From a virus: 64,000 nt of DNA. Positions 38,625 through 47,712 of this stretch are shown piece after piece. A program made the translations under genes and the position numbers. The notes below the pieces were generated by a model. That model had not been told where the DNA came from. It made no database searches and saw only the letters and a list, made by a program, of their open reading frames with translations. Every line of letters starts with the position of its first letter. The first letter of the stretch is position 1. The stretch is taken from positions 5,422 through 69,421 of the IMG/VR virus record IMGVR_UViG_3300034107_000490; one strand, written 5' to 3'.

Positions 38625-38972
38625 TTATTCCCCCTCAGTTAAAGATTCAAAACCTAGCTGAAAAACTTCTTTCAGTGAGATATCTTCCTCATCATCAACG
38701 ACTGCATCAAGATAGATATTTACATCATCTTCATCGTTTTCCATTATGACATAAGTATCTTCTGCATCAGTTACATCCATTTCTACAATAAGATAGAGTG
38801 TATCATTGTAGATTGCGTAAGGCATAACTGCAGGATCGATAGCATCAATCCAAGTTTCTCCTTCTTCGATTTCTTCAATGCCATGTTTTTTGGCTATTTT
38901 TTGACAAATTTCCTCTAAAGATTCATCAACTTTTAGTGCTAATAGCTCAGCTGTAATTTTTAATAGTGCCAT
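38625..38972 (-). CDS. Highly acidic small protein, 115 aa
   Basis: About 30% D/E, with DDEEDISL and DAEDTYVIMENDEDD runs. Sits between the polymerase and exonuclease genes. Confidence 0.45.
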   Translation of the reverse strand: MALLKITAELLALKVDESLEEICQKIAKKHGIEEIEEGETWIDAIDPAVMPYAIYNDTLYLIVEMDVTDAEDTYVIMENDEDDVNIYLDAVVDDEEDISLKEVFQLGFESLTEGE

Positions 38973-38974
38973 AA

Positions 38975-39901
38975 TTATTTTTCTAAGGTTTTTAAAAATG
39001 GTTCGTAGTATTCTGCATTGTCTTGCAATCCGGTTCTAAGTATTTCAACTGAATCTTTTCGGTCTGCTTTCTTAATCTTTTTGAACTTAACAATCAATTC
39101 GATTTGCTGTTCTTCGGTAATTGTTTTAGTAGCTGCAATTTTTTCCATTAAACCTAATTGTTTAACTTCTTCAACAACATCTGTCTTATCAATAATTTCT
39201 TGAATAAAATCGTGTTTACCTTGCATTGCTAAGAATATTTTAGCTGTACAAATAACGTCTTTGTTACAATAGGTCGCAATACGTTTAATGCCACCCTCTT
39301 CACGGTAATACACTTGAGAAACCTGAGACCCATCAATATCATCTTTGGAAGATGGAACACCTGCCATGTAAGCTAATTCATTCAAAGATAATGCATTGTA
39401 GTATGTACCCTTGAATAAAGCCATGATATCAACAAAGTTATCCTCCATCGTCCAAGGCTTTTGTCCAACATCAGAAAACTTGTCGTTAAGGATTACCTCA
39501 ACTTTTTCCTCGAAAGCTTTCATTCTAACTATTGGCATATCAAATGCAATGATGTTAGCACCACAAGGAATCAAGTTTCTTGTGTTAAGTAAGTTGTAAA
39601 ACTCTTCAACGATACTTTTCTGATCACCAGTGATAGCTTTAACAACTAAACTATTGTTTCTAATGTACCCAACACTAATACAAACAATTTGGTTGTGTGG
39701 AGGAAACAAGGCTGCTGACTTCTCATACAAGGTAGCTACTTCCTCATAGGGTAATAACTTACCTGTAACCTTGTCTCTGTTCTTGTATTGGAACAAACTA
39801 AATTCTGCACTATCAACATCTAGTACATCTTGTTTTCTGACAGTCTCGATGTCAAAAAATAGCAATCCTTCAGGATTAATCTTTCTAAATTTTTGGTTCA
39901 T
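38975..39901 (-). CDS. DEDDy-type 3'-5' exonuclease
   Basis: Exo I FFDIET, and YCNKD (YxxxD, Exo III). Confidence 0.5.
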   Translation of the reverse strand: MNQKFRKINPEGLLFFDIETVRKQDVLDVDSAEFSLFQYKNRDKVTGKLLPYEEVATLYEKSAALFPPHNQIVCISVGYIRNNSLVVKAITGDQKSIVEEFYNLLNTRNLIPCGANIIAFDMPIVRMKAFEEKVEVILNDKFSDVGQKPWTMEDNFVDIMALFKGTYYNALSLNELAYMAGVPSSKDDIDGSQVSQVYYREEGGIKRIATYCNKDVICTAKIFLAMQGKHDFIQEIIDKTDVVEEVKQLGLMEKIAATKTITEEQQIELIVKFKKIKKADRKDSVEILRTGLQDNAEYYEPFLKTLEK

Positions 39902-39925
39902 GGTTTTTCTTTTTTGTAAAGGTAA

Positions 39926-39952
39926 ATAAAAAAGGTAGCACTCGGCTACCTT
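39926..39952 (-). terminator. Intrinsic terminator AAGGTAGC-actcg-GCTACCTT + T-run
   Basis: Perfect 8-bp stem. A6 on the plus strand gives T6 on the minus strand. Confidence 0.75.
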
Positions 39953-39967
39953 AATTGTTAAAAAAAT

Positions 39968-41050
39968 CTAAAATGGAGTTTCTTCCCTGGCTTTATTCAT
40001 GGCCTGACTGAAGAAGATTGGCATCTCTACATTCTCTGAGGCTTTCTCTACCGGACTATCAGGAGTGTTATCCACAATACTCTGTCTGAGTTTTTCAAGT
40101 TGCTCTGTTGTAAGATCCATCTTACTAATAAACAAATCTTTGTAGGAGTTGTCTGACTCCCTTGCCTTAGTCACAAAGTAGAATAAGTTACCGAGGGTAT
40201 CGAACGATACTCTTCCTTTTGTATCTTTCTTTCCGTAAAAATCTTCCAAGTATTCGTATCGATCATAATTTACTTTCAAGTAGTTATTGATACCTTGCTT
40301 GAAAGGGTTTGTTATGATAATGATATAAGATGCCAATTGTTCCATGAAACTACTTCCGTACAGCATTGAGTTATTTGGAATCATAGAGTTGTCAGACTCT
40401 TTTATATTACCAAGTATGTTACGATTCAACTGACTCAGTACAATGAAGTACACATTACTGAATTCAAGTTTAAGCAAGTTTATACATTCAGACACTTCTT
40501 CCAATACTGATTGCTTATCTGATCCGGAGAACAACAACATGTGGTCAACAGAAATAACTACTGCATCTTTGCTGCTATTCGTTACACAATACTCTTTGCA
40601 TATCGAATAGAATTGTTTAGGTGTAACCGGAGATTGAATCACGGATCTACGTTCATCCTTTAAACTTTCAAAGTAGTTTGATACAATAGCTTTTTCTTCT
40701 TCGGAAAACTCATTGTACAAAATCTCTGACTTCTTCTTACCAAGTAAACGAGATAACTTTCTCATTAACTTATTTAGCATTTTCATCTCCATGGAGAATT
40801 CTAATGACACATAGTTTCCGGACCCAGGATTCACTTCTATAGAAAGGATATCATCTAACATTCGGTAAAGTGTTTCTGATTTACCACTTGAAGGAGCACC
40901 ACCAATCACAACAACATCACCAGGCAATAAACCTTTGATGTGGCAATCAATCATTTCAGAACCTGTCTTCAATAATGCTCTCTCACCTGTTTGTATTTTC
41001 TTCAGGTCTTTAAATGCATTTCTTACTGCTATTTCTATACTCTCTAACAT
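39968..41050 (-). CDS. DnaB-family replicative helicase (RecA-like core only)
   Basis: H1 GAPSSGKS, H1a SLEFSME, H2 VDHMLLF, and H3 LSQLNR (the DnaB hallmark). Confidence 0.7.
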   Translation of the reverse strand: MLESIEIAVRNAFKDLKKIQTGERALLKTGSEMIDCHIKGLLPGDVVVIGGAPSSGKSETLYRMLDDILSIEVNPGSGNYVSLEFSMEMKMLNKLMRKLSRLLGKKKSEILYNEFSEEEKAIVSNYFESLKDERRSVIQSPVTPKQFYSICKEYCVTNSSKDAVVISVDHMLLFSGSDKQSVLEEVSECINLLKLEFSNVYFIVLSQLNRNILGNIKESDNSMIPNNSMLYGSSFMEQLASYIIIITNPFKQGINNYLKVNYDRYEYLEDFYGKKDTKGRVSFDTLGNLFYFVTKARESDNSYKDLFISKMDLTTEQLEKLRQSIVDNTPDSPVEKASENVEMPIFFSQAMNKAREETPF

Positions 41051-41053
41051 AAT

Positions 41054-41242
41054 CTAATTCCTTTCTGAATATTTATGACATTTTTCACAAATGTACCCAA
41101 TTCCTTTTCCTGCATTAAATCTCCATCGATCTAATCTGTAATCGTGCCAACAACAATACTTCTTCCAAGAACTCTTAATGCGTAAACAAAAATCTCCAAA
41201 CATATTAATCTTCTTTAGTGTTAAACTTTTTATCGAACTCAT
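41054..41242 (-). CDS. Small Cys-rich protein, 62 aa
   Basis: CCWHD...CEKCHKY motif. Confidence 0.3.
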   Translation of the reverse strand: MSSIKSLTLKKINMFGDFCLRIKSSWKKYCCWHDYRLDRWRFNAGKGIGYICEKCHKYSERN

Positions 41243-41786
41243 CTTTATATTTTAAATAGTATTGGTATAATCTAGAACTTTCAATGTCAAACTTTGTCGT
41301 AAAAACATTCGCAGGTTTGAAGAATAGGTACTCAAGTCTGATCGAATACTCAAACTGAGCCGGATCTTCTATGAATGCCTTACATAAGAAAGCCAAGTTG
41401 TTTTTAGATATTCCTGAGTGGGCCCTAAACTTTGCAATTAAAGTCTTAGTCTTTTTCTTGTTACCAATATCTTTTCCGGACTTTGTGTAAATACTTTCCA
41501 ACCAATCGTAAATCTTTAGGTCCTCTTCTAGTATCTCAGGTATTTCAATATCGTCAAGAATTGATGAACCCTTTTCGGTAAGTCTTATCTTTTTGAAAAC
41601 GGAATCCTTGGGTTTTCCTTTTATTCCTTCGATCAAACCTCTCATACGCAAAGAATCTAAATCTACACTTAATTCTTCCAATATCTCTGACATGTCTTCA
41701 AACTTGTTTTGTTTTACAAGTTGTAAAATTACAGTGTCAATCAATGATATGCTGTGAACCTCTAAAATTTTTACGTTGATATACAT
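41205..41786 (-). CDS. Hypothetical protein, 193 aa
   Basis: ORF only. Confidence 0.4.
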   Translation of the reverse strand: MYINVKILEVHSISLIDTVILQLVKQNKFEDMSEILEELSVDLDSLRMRGLIEGIKGKPKDSVFKKIRLTEKGSSILDDIEIPEILEEDLKIYDWLESIYTKSGKDIGNKKKTKTLIAKFRAHSGISKNNLAFLCKAFIEDPAQFEYSIRLEYLFFKPANVFTTKFDIESSRLYQYYLKYKDEFDKKFNTKED

Positions 41787-41789
41787 AGA

Positions 41790-41978
41790 CTATTTTTTAC
41801 GTTTATTCATCCCATCAATAACACCTTGCAAATAAACTGAGTTTTCAGAATTTTGTTCCAATGATATTAAGTCATCTTTTATAGCCAAGTAAGCTATAAA
41901 AAATACAATACCAGCTTTTTCTTTTGGCATTCCTTTTACGTTATCCTCGATAACTTTTAATTGATCTGTGACTTTCAT
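41790..41978 (-). CDS. Hypothetical protein, 62 aa
   Basis: ORF, tightly packed with neighbours. Confidence 0.3.
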   Translation of the reverse strand: MKVTDQLKVIEDNVKGMPKEKAGIVFFIAYLAIKDDLISLEQNSENSVYLQGVIDGMNKRKK

Positions 41979-42140
41979 TCCTTTTTCTTGTAAATAAAAA
42001 AATACTTTCTATATCCATCTCTCGTACCATTGTACCAAAGAAGTATATCTCCATTAACTGTCTTATCTATTTCTAGCCTAAGTAGCTTGAACATAAAGTG
42101 TAAAATCAGTATGAAGACTAAAAAACTTACTATAACCATT

Positions 42141-42647
42141 TCATTTGTTTAAATTAGCATTGGCAAATATATCAAATTCTGCACCACTTTCCAAGACTTG
42201 ATCCTTAAACTTTTTAAATTTTCGGCAGGCAAGTGTAAAACATTTCATATTTTTTCTCTCACTCATCTTATTATCAAACCTTTCGTGACAAGAAAATACT
42301 TCGTCTTTATCTGAACACAGGAAAATATAATTCTCCGGATGGGTTGATACAGATTTATACTTACTCTTGTTTAAGATGTGGGCAACGTTATTCACAGGGT
42401 GCAAGAAAGTCTTTATCTCTCCGCCACAGTTTTGGCAGAAAGGATTTCTTTCCAACTCTTCAACAGCTGTCTTAAAAAAATCACGAAAATCTTTTCGATC
42501 TTCTTTTCTTTTCTCAATTGCTTTAGGAGTTGCAACTTTAATCTTTGGAGTAGTCTTCTTAGAACACTGCTCACAGTTACCCTTGGAGAAGATGTACTTC
42601 TCTTCTCCGCAGGATTTACACAGTTTCTTTTTCCTTGTTACCGACAT
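42141..42647 (-). CDS. Zinc-ribbon / HNH-motif nuclease-like protein
   Basis: N-terminal CxxC...CxxC, then CQNCGG...H...N...H...C...CH spacing of the HNH type. Confidence 0.4.
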   Translation of the reverse strand: MSVTRKKKLCKSCGEEKYIFSKGNCEQCSKKTTPKIKVATPKAIEKRKEDRKDFRDFFKTAVEELERNPFCQNCGGEIKTFLHPVNNVAHILNKSKYKSVSTHPENYIFLCSDKDEVFSCHERFDNKMSERKNMKCFTLACRKFKKFKDQVLESGAEFDIFANANLNK

Positions 42648-42999
42648 GTAACCAATCTAAAAATGTTTTTGTAAGTATCAATGTAGTATCAGTATTTCCA
42701 TAGATCCTTCCAACAATACCTATCTCCTTTTTATTTGGAGTCAACTTAAACTTGTTTAGTATTTTACCCTTGTAAACGATATCAGGCCTTACTTCGTATA
42801 ACCCATAGAAGTGCGTATAACCAGTAACTTCTATAGTTATAGGCCCTTGTTTAATAATGTCCCCAATATTAAACTTAACTAAAGATTTAAGATACTTATT
42901 CTCTAGCTTTACTTTAGAAGATTCGAACTTTTTAGTCAGTTCTTTTAATTTTTCGTCAAACTCTTGTGCTGTCATCATTTCTAATAATTTTATAACCAT
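42616..42999 (-). CDS. Hypothetical protein, 127 aa
   Basis: ORF only. Confidence 0.35.
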   Translation of the reverse strand: MVIKLLEMMTAQEFDEKLKELTKKFESSKVKLENKYLKSLVKFNIGDIIKQGPITIEVTGYTHFYGLYEVRPDIVYKGKILNKFKLTPNKKEIGIVGRIYGNTDTTLILTKTFLDWLHVGNKEKETV

Positions 43000-43088
43000 T
43001 TAAATCTAACCATTGTAAAAACAATAGTGCATCCCAATCTTCCGGATCCAATTCTTCTTGGAATTGATTGATAAACCCTTGTAAGTAA

Positions 43089-43649
43089 TTAGTTTTCTCT
43101 TCCATGCATACCCTCGTTAATGTTTCCAATAACCTCACATCCATTATTTACCCAAGAGAAGTTCTGCATGTCAGACAATCCGTCCCACCAAGCAATCTTT
43201 TCTTTTCCTAAATCATCTTGGAATGAGTTTATACCAAAGCCACCAGGTACTTCAATAACTATGTAGATGCGACTTATTTCATCTCTTAGGTAATCTCCAA
43301 CATATATTGGACATCCAACCTTATCTTCAATACCTATGTATTGTTCAATAATAGTACAACCATCTGTTGGTTCTAATCCATCATCTGTTGCACGTACATA
43401 GTCTTCAGAAACTGCTTCTCCAAAACCTACATAAGTTCCTGTTTCCTTGTCAATTCCATCGTAAAAGAAAACTCTGAAGTTTATGTTATTATGATTTTTT
43501 ATTTCCTCCCAATCACTGCAATTTATCACAAAAGTTTTATACAAAGACTCATGAGCACATACGTTTCCGGAACATCTTTCGAAATGAACATGCTGATCTT
43601 TTCTTAGTGTTCCGATTATCCCTGTTTGTTTGTGTTTAAATTTCCTCAT
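43089..43649 (-). CDS. Hypothetical protein, 186 aa
   Basis: ORF only. Confidence 0.4.
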   Translation of the reverse strand: MRKFKHKQTGIIGTLRKDQHVHFERCSGNVCAHESLYKTFVINCSDWEEIKNHNNINFRVFFYDGIDKETGTYVGFGEAVSEDYVRATDDGLEPTDGCTIIEQYIGIEDKVGCPIYVGDYLRDEISRIYIVIEVPGGFGINSFQDDLGKEKIAWWDGLSDMQNFSWVNNGCEVIGNINEGMHGREN

Positions 43650-43875
43650 TTTCTTTTAGTTTATGGTGTATTAAAAACTCTATGTCTTCTAACGCTTTGA
43701 AACTACCAGGATACAGCTTTGTTTTCTTGATTGTTTTTATATCATCCAACAAATCAGTAAGCAATTCCTTTTTTGCATTCCTCTCGATCTCTCTAGCTTC
43801 ATCCAAAATATTGGGTGGAATGTTTGCTTCAAGTATTGGCCATTGTTCGATCAACCAATCTATTGATACTTGCAT
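43636..43875 (-). CDS. Hypothetical protein, 79 aa
   Basis: ORF only. Confidence 0.3.
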   Translation of the reverse strand: MQVSIDWLIEQWPILEANIPPNILDEAREIERNAKKELLTDLLDDIKTIKKTKLYPGSFKALEDIEFLIHHKLKENEEI

Positions 43876-43887
43876 AATTTTTGTAGA

Positions 43888-44166
43888 TTATTTCATTAAT
43901 AAACATCGGACTTTAATACTAAGTCCTTTTTTGAATCGAAGAATATTATCCAAAACACGACCATAAGCAGTGGATATTCTAATTTTTCTTTTTTCGTATT
44001 CCTCGTATTCTAAATTTAACCAAGCATCAGCATGTGCTTTTGTTTTACAATAAGGGCAAGTGATAAAATCACCTTTCATAATATTGTCTGTTTTTAAAGG
44101 ACCTCTACGCCCCTTGCATGATTCACACCCACAGGTGCTTTCAAGTTTACATTTTGGACAAGTCAT
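43888..44166 (-). CDS. Zinc-ribbon protein, 92 aa
   Basis: CPKC...CGCESC...CPYC motifs. Confidence 0.4.
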   Translation of the reverse strand: MTCPKCKLESTCGCESCKGRRGPLKTDNIMKGDFITCPYCKTKAHADAWLNLEYEEYEKRKIRISTAYGRVLDNILRFKKGLSIKVRCLLMK

Positions 44167-44175
44167 AGTTTATCT

Positions 44176-44805
44176 TTATTTAGGGTTAACACACGCTTCT
44201 AAAACTGCTTTACACAATTCTACAGGAATAATACTTCTGTAGTAGCTATTTGATCTAGCAGATGTTCCTGCTTGAGATCCTCTCGGAGCCGGTTCATGGT
44301 GGCAATTCTTATTGCCATTGTGGCATACTGGTTTTGGTATCCAATTACTATTGTTTGTCCAAATATCCGTGGGCTTAGCAGTTCGATTACCATATTGACA
44401 ATACCATATTGTATGTCTATCAAACTCTTGCATGAATGGCATCTTACGCATCATACCTCTTGGGTTTTCAATGTAAAACTTTAAGTTTGGATTAATCTCC
44501 AACCACTTTTTAATCAAGCTAATGTAGTGTACATTTACTCGGTCACATTTTTCTGCATATTCACTTTTTGCTTTTGTACCATTCCTGTGTTTACGTAATC
44601 CTGCAATTGAGTAAGTAGTACAATCAGGAGAAGCCCAAATAATATCAGGGACAAATGGTATGTCACTTATTTTTAAGAACTCTACGTCCACTACTAAGTT
44701 TATGTCTTTGTAGTCTTTCCAATCTACACTAAACACATTCATTCCCATACTTTCAGCTTCTTTCCCTATGGATCTACTTCCTGCAAATAATTCTAAAACA
44801 TTCAT
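44176..44805 (-). CDS. Compact C5-cytosine methyltransferase-like protein, 209 aa
   Basis: Motif I LELFAGSRSIG, motif IV SPDCTTYSIAG (the P-C catalytic dyad), motif VI FYIENPRG, and a C-terminal SIIPVELCKAVLEA motif-X-like helix. No large target-recognition domain. Confidence 0.55.
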   Translation of the reverse strand: MNVLELFAGSRSIGKEAESMGMNVFSVDWKDYKDINLVVDVEFLKISDIPFVPDIIWASPDCTTYSIAGLRKHRNGTKAKSEYAEKCDRVNVHYISLIKKWLEINPNLKFYIENPRGMMRKMPFMQEFDRHTIWYCQYGNRTAKPTDIWTNNSNWIPKPVCHNGNKNCHHEPAPRGSQAGTSARSNSYYRSIIPVELCKAVLEACVNPK

Positions 44806-45344
44806 ACTTTTAATGATTTTGCTATTAATTCAAACTCTTGGAAATGCAATCTAATATAGTTGCTGTACCCATGATGTGCATAACTTCTATCTAAGTGAGC
44901 CAAATATTGCTCTCTTGTCATAGTGTGTCCACCTACAAATTCTAAGTATAGTTTGTAGTCTAATACGCTGTGTTGCCACTTTTTAAAAGACGCAAACCCA
45001 GACTTTCTTCCAATACTTAAGGTAGGCCTAACACCTGGTTGACGCATTCCAAATAAGTTTTTATTTTTCTTGAATAAGTTACTGCAAAGATTCGACTCCT
45101 GTCTAGCGATAGCATATGCAACCTCAGGGTGAGCAATCTTTTCAGACAAAACAAACTTAACTAACAATTCTTTTGTAAGGTTAGTGCTGTCAGGTCCAAA
45201 AACTATTTCTTCAGTTCTTTTTTCTTTTTTTAACGTTACTTTGGGGTAATCTTTATTTTGAGTACCATTATTCTGAGGATATCCGAATAACAAAATAACT
45301 ACTGCGGTAAAAATTGTATTTTTCATATTGCAAATATAAAGCAA
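44802..45344 (-). CDS. Secreted glucosaminidase-like peptidoglycan hydrolase (putative)
   Basis: N-terminal signal-like hydrophobic segment. AYAIARQESNL...FGMRQ resembles mannosyl-glycoprotein endo-beta-N-acetylglucosaminidase/FlgJ-type domains. Confidence 0.4.
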   Translation of the reverse strand: MLYICNMKNTIFTAVVILLFGYPQNNGTQNKDYPKVTLKKEKRTEEIVFGPDSTNLTKELLVKFVLSEKIAHPEVAYAIARQESNLCSNLFKKNKNLFGMRQPGVRPTLSIGRKSGFASFKKWQHSVLDYKLYLEFVGGHTMTREQYLAHLDRSYAHHGYSNYIRLHFQEFELIAKSLKV

Positions 45345-45375
45345 AAAAAGGAGACCATCTCTGATCTCCTCCCTC
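45345..45375 (-). terminator. Intrinsic terminator (GGAGA-loop-TCTCC) flanked by A7 / T-run
   Basis: Lies after the stop at 45389. The minus-strand RNA ends in U7. Confidence 0.55.
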
Positions 45376-45388
45376 TTTTTAACATTTT

Positions 45389-45835
45389 TTACAAAATGCT
45401 AACCTTTGGCGTGGATTGTACATCTTTAACTGTGTGATACTCTTGACAACCAGGAATACTGTAGTACTTACCATCCATTTCGAATGCTTCTACATTTATC
45501 CATTCATCTGTCTGATACTTATTTGCAAGCAGGGTATACCTATTGGACATATCCATTAAGTTTCTAATGGTTCTCCATTCTCTTGCATCAAAGCTATCAC
45601 CAAGGTTTTCTTCAAAATCTGCCTCATCAATCTCTTTCATTGTTCTGTACTTGAAATGATCACTTAGCAAATCATATTTCTTTTTTAACTCTGAAGTGCA
45701 AGAAGACACAACATAAGTTCTTCGGCCAAGACAGTATCTGAAAGCACAAGCTAAAAGGATTTCTTCATCTAGCCCCAGTTTTTGTTCGACTTCTTCGTAT
45801 CTTCCGTTTCGTTTTTTTCGGTATAGCTTTTCCAT
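45389..45835 (-). CDS. Hypothetical protein, 148 aa
   Basis: ORF only. Confidence 0.4.
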   Translation of the reverse strand: MEKLYRKKRNGRYEEVEQKLGLDEEILLACAFRYCLGRRTYVVSSCTSELKKKYDLLSDHFKYRTMKEIDEADFEENLGDSFDAREWRTIRNLMDMSNRYTLLANKYQTDEWINVEAFEMDGKYYSIPGCQEYHTVKDVQSTPKVSIL

Positions 45836-46008
45836 GATTTTGTTATAGTTTTAATTATTGTATTCTTTGTGCTGTAATGTGCTATTGCATTGCCTTTTTC
45901 ATCCTCAAAGACAAAGTAGTCACCTACCACTTTGACAGATGATGCTACTACTTGTCTTATTGATTTTGGTATGTTAGGCATTACTACCTCAATAGTGTAA
46001 GTCTTCAT
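45769..46008 (-). CDS. Hypothetical protein, 79 aa
   Basis: ORF only. Confidence 0.3.
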   Translation of the reverse strand: MKTYTIEVVMPNIPKSIRQVVASSVKVVGDYFVFEDEKGNAIAHYSTKNTIIKTITKSWKSYTEKNETEDTKKSNKNWG

Positions 46009-47708
46009 TAGTCAGCACAACTTACACAAGTGTCCCAAGACTTACCATCTTTCTCTAAAGCTGCGTGAGCAGAAGTATATCCGTAGTACAAAGTTTTAAT
46101 TCCCTTGTCCCAAGCATACTTATGGATATCATAAACATCTTGAAGAGTATAATTCTTTCTAAACACTAGGTTTAAACTTTGCCCCATATCGATAAACACT
46201 TGTCTATCTGCAGCAAGGTCAATGATATCCTTTGGACTTATCTCTGCAAAGGTAAGGAACACAGACTTTTGTTCAGCATTTAAGAAGTCAAGGTGTTGTA
46301 CAGATCCGTTGTTCTGCATAATGCTTTCCCAAATGTCTGCTGTATTCTTACCGAGACTCTCTAACAACTTAACTAAGTGTTTATTCTTAAATACAAATTG
46401 TTTCTTAGCCAAAGTCTTCATAAAGAAGTTACTCATAAAAGGCTCGAATCCTCCAGATGTAGCACCTGAGATAAACGATGTCGACTTGTTAGGTGCAATC
46501 ATCATCAAACTTGCGTTACGTCTCACCATTCCGGCAAACTCGCAAATAAGTGGAGATCCTAACTTAGCACCAATCTCTTGTGTATACTGCTCTCCTAAGT
46601 CTCTGATGAACTTGAATATCTCTTTGTTTAAGATTCGACTTCCGATGTCTCCGTAAGCAAGACCTTCTGATTGAAGTAACTCGTGGAATCCTAATGCACC
46701 AAGTCCGATGTCTCTTTTCTCCATTGCAGACTTTCTTGCCTTCTCCATGAATGGAACACCCTCTGTAAGTTTGATGTACTCCTCGTTCATAATGTCTAAG
46801 AACATGAATGCATCCTTTACCATTTGAGGATTCTTTTTAATTATATTCCAGTGAACCAAGTTCATAGCACCAATAACACAAACAGATGTCATATCCGTAA
46901 ACAAAGGTTGTAAAAACTCTGTACAAATATTTGTAGTTTGTACACTTAGGTTAAGTTTTTTGTAAACCGGAGAAGAGTTTTCATTCGCATTGTCAACATC
47001 CAACATGTAAACCTTACCTGTTTTTTGTCTTGCTTTCAATACCATCAAGTATCTTTTCTTGTACTCTTCGTTTGTTGTAATATTGTCTCTGAAACCTGTA
47101 GGTAAAATAACTCCGATTGTGTTGTTGATCAATGGGTCGTTCTTGTCCGGATTTGTTTTGTCTATTCGTTCCATTAAACCGTAGAAGTCTTCATCAAGTA
47201 TTGATATGAACGGAGTGTTATAACCTCTTCTCACAGCCCCTTGGCTAACTTTCTGAGCTGTACGTACAGACTCTTCAATCCAATCTAACTTAGAGTTGGA
47301 ATAGAATCCCTCTTCTAACTTAGTTCCTTTCTGAACAACTAGTTGGTAATCAGATCCAACACCACCACCTAACTTAGATGCCATTGCTGTCTGTCCAATG
47401 GAATGGTAGATCTCAGCGATAGAGTTTCCAACCGTAACAATGTAACAACTAGCAGGTAACTCATGTGAGTTAGAGCCTTCGTCTAATGGTCTTCCAAAGT
47501 TAGCAAGGGAAGGTGTAGACAAACTGAATATGTTTTTATCCAACATATGTTCTATTCGGTCAGCCAATCCCTCTGAGTAAAGGTTCTCATACTCTCTAAT
47601 CTTTTCAACAATTTGTTTAAATCGTTGGTGCGGAGTTTCGTTTTCTTTAATATATTGTCCCTCTTTAAGGAACTCAATCTGTGCTTCTTCTAAAAATTCT
47701 AATTTCAT
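46008..47708 (-). CDS. nrdA: Ribonucleotide reductase class I large subunit (no ATP cone)
   Basis: Active-site N-x-C-x-E (TTNICTEF). The ASCYIV thiyl-region Cys and C-terminal CVSC pair are present. Confidence 0.75.
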   Translation of the reverse strand: MKLEFLEEAQIEFLKEGQYIKENETPHQRFKQIVEKIREYENLYSEGLADRIEHMLDKNIFSLSTPSLANFGRPLDEGSNSHELPASCYIVTVGNSIAEIYHSIGQTAMASKLGGGVGSDYQLVVQKGTKLEEGFYSNSKLDWIEESVRTAQKVSQGAVRRGYNTPFISILDEDFYGLMERIDKTNPDKNDPLINNTIGVILPTGFRDNITTNEEYKKRYLMVLKARQKTGKVYMLDVDNANENSSPVYKKLNLSVQTTNICTEFLQPLFTDMTSVCVIGAMNLVHWNIIKKNPQMVKDAFMFLDIMNEEYIKLTEGVPFMEKARKSAMEKRDIGLGALGFHELLQSEGLAYGDIGSRILNKEIFKFIRDLGEQYTQEIGAKLGSPLICEFAGMVRRNASLMMIAPNKSTSFISGATSGGFEPFMSNFFMKTLAKKQFVFKNKHLVKLLESLGKNTADIWESIMQNNGSVQHLDFLNAEQKSVFLTFAEISPKDIIDLAADRQVFIDMGQSLNLVFRKNYTLQDVYDIHKYAWDKGIKTLYYGYTSAHAALEKDGKSWDTCVSCAD

Positions 47709-47712
47709 TTTT

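Noticed and set aside
38600-38660. GAGGGAG…CCCCCTC inverted repeat near 38615–38640 as a terminator
   Set aside because: It lies inside the C-terminal coding sequence of the acidic 115-aa gene (…SLTEGE*) and is not followed by a U-run on the coding strand.
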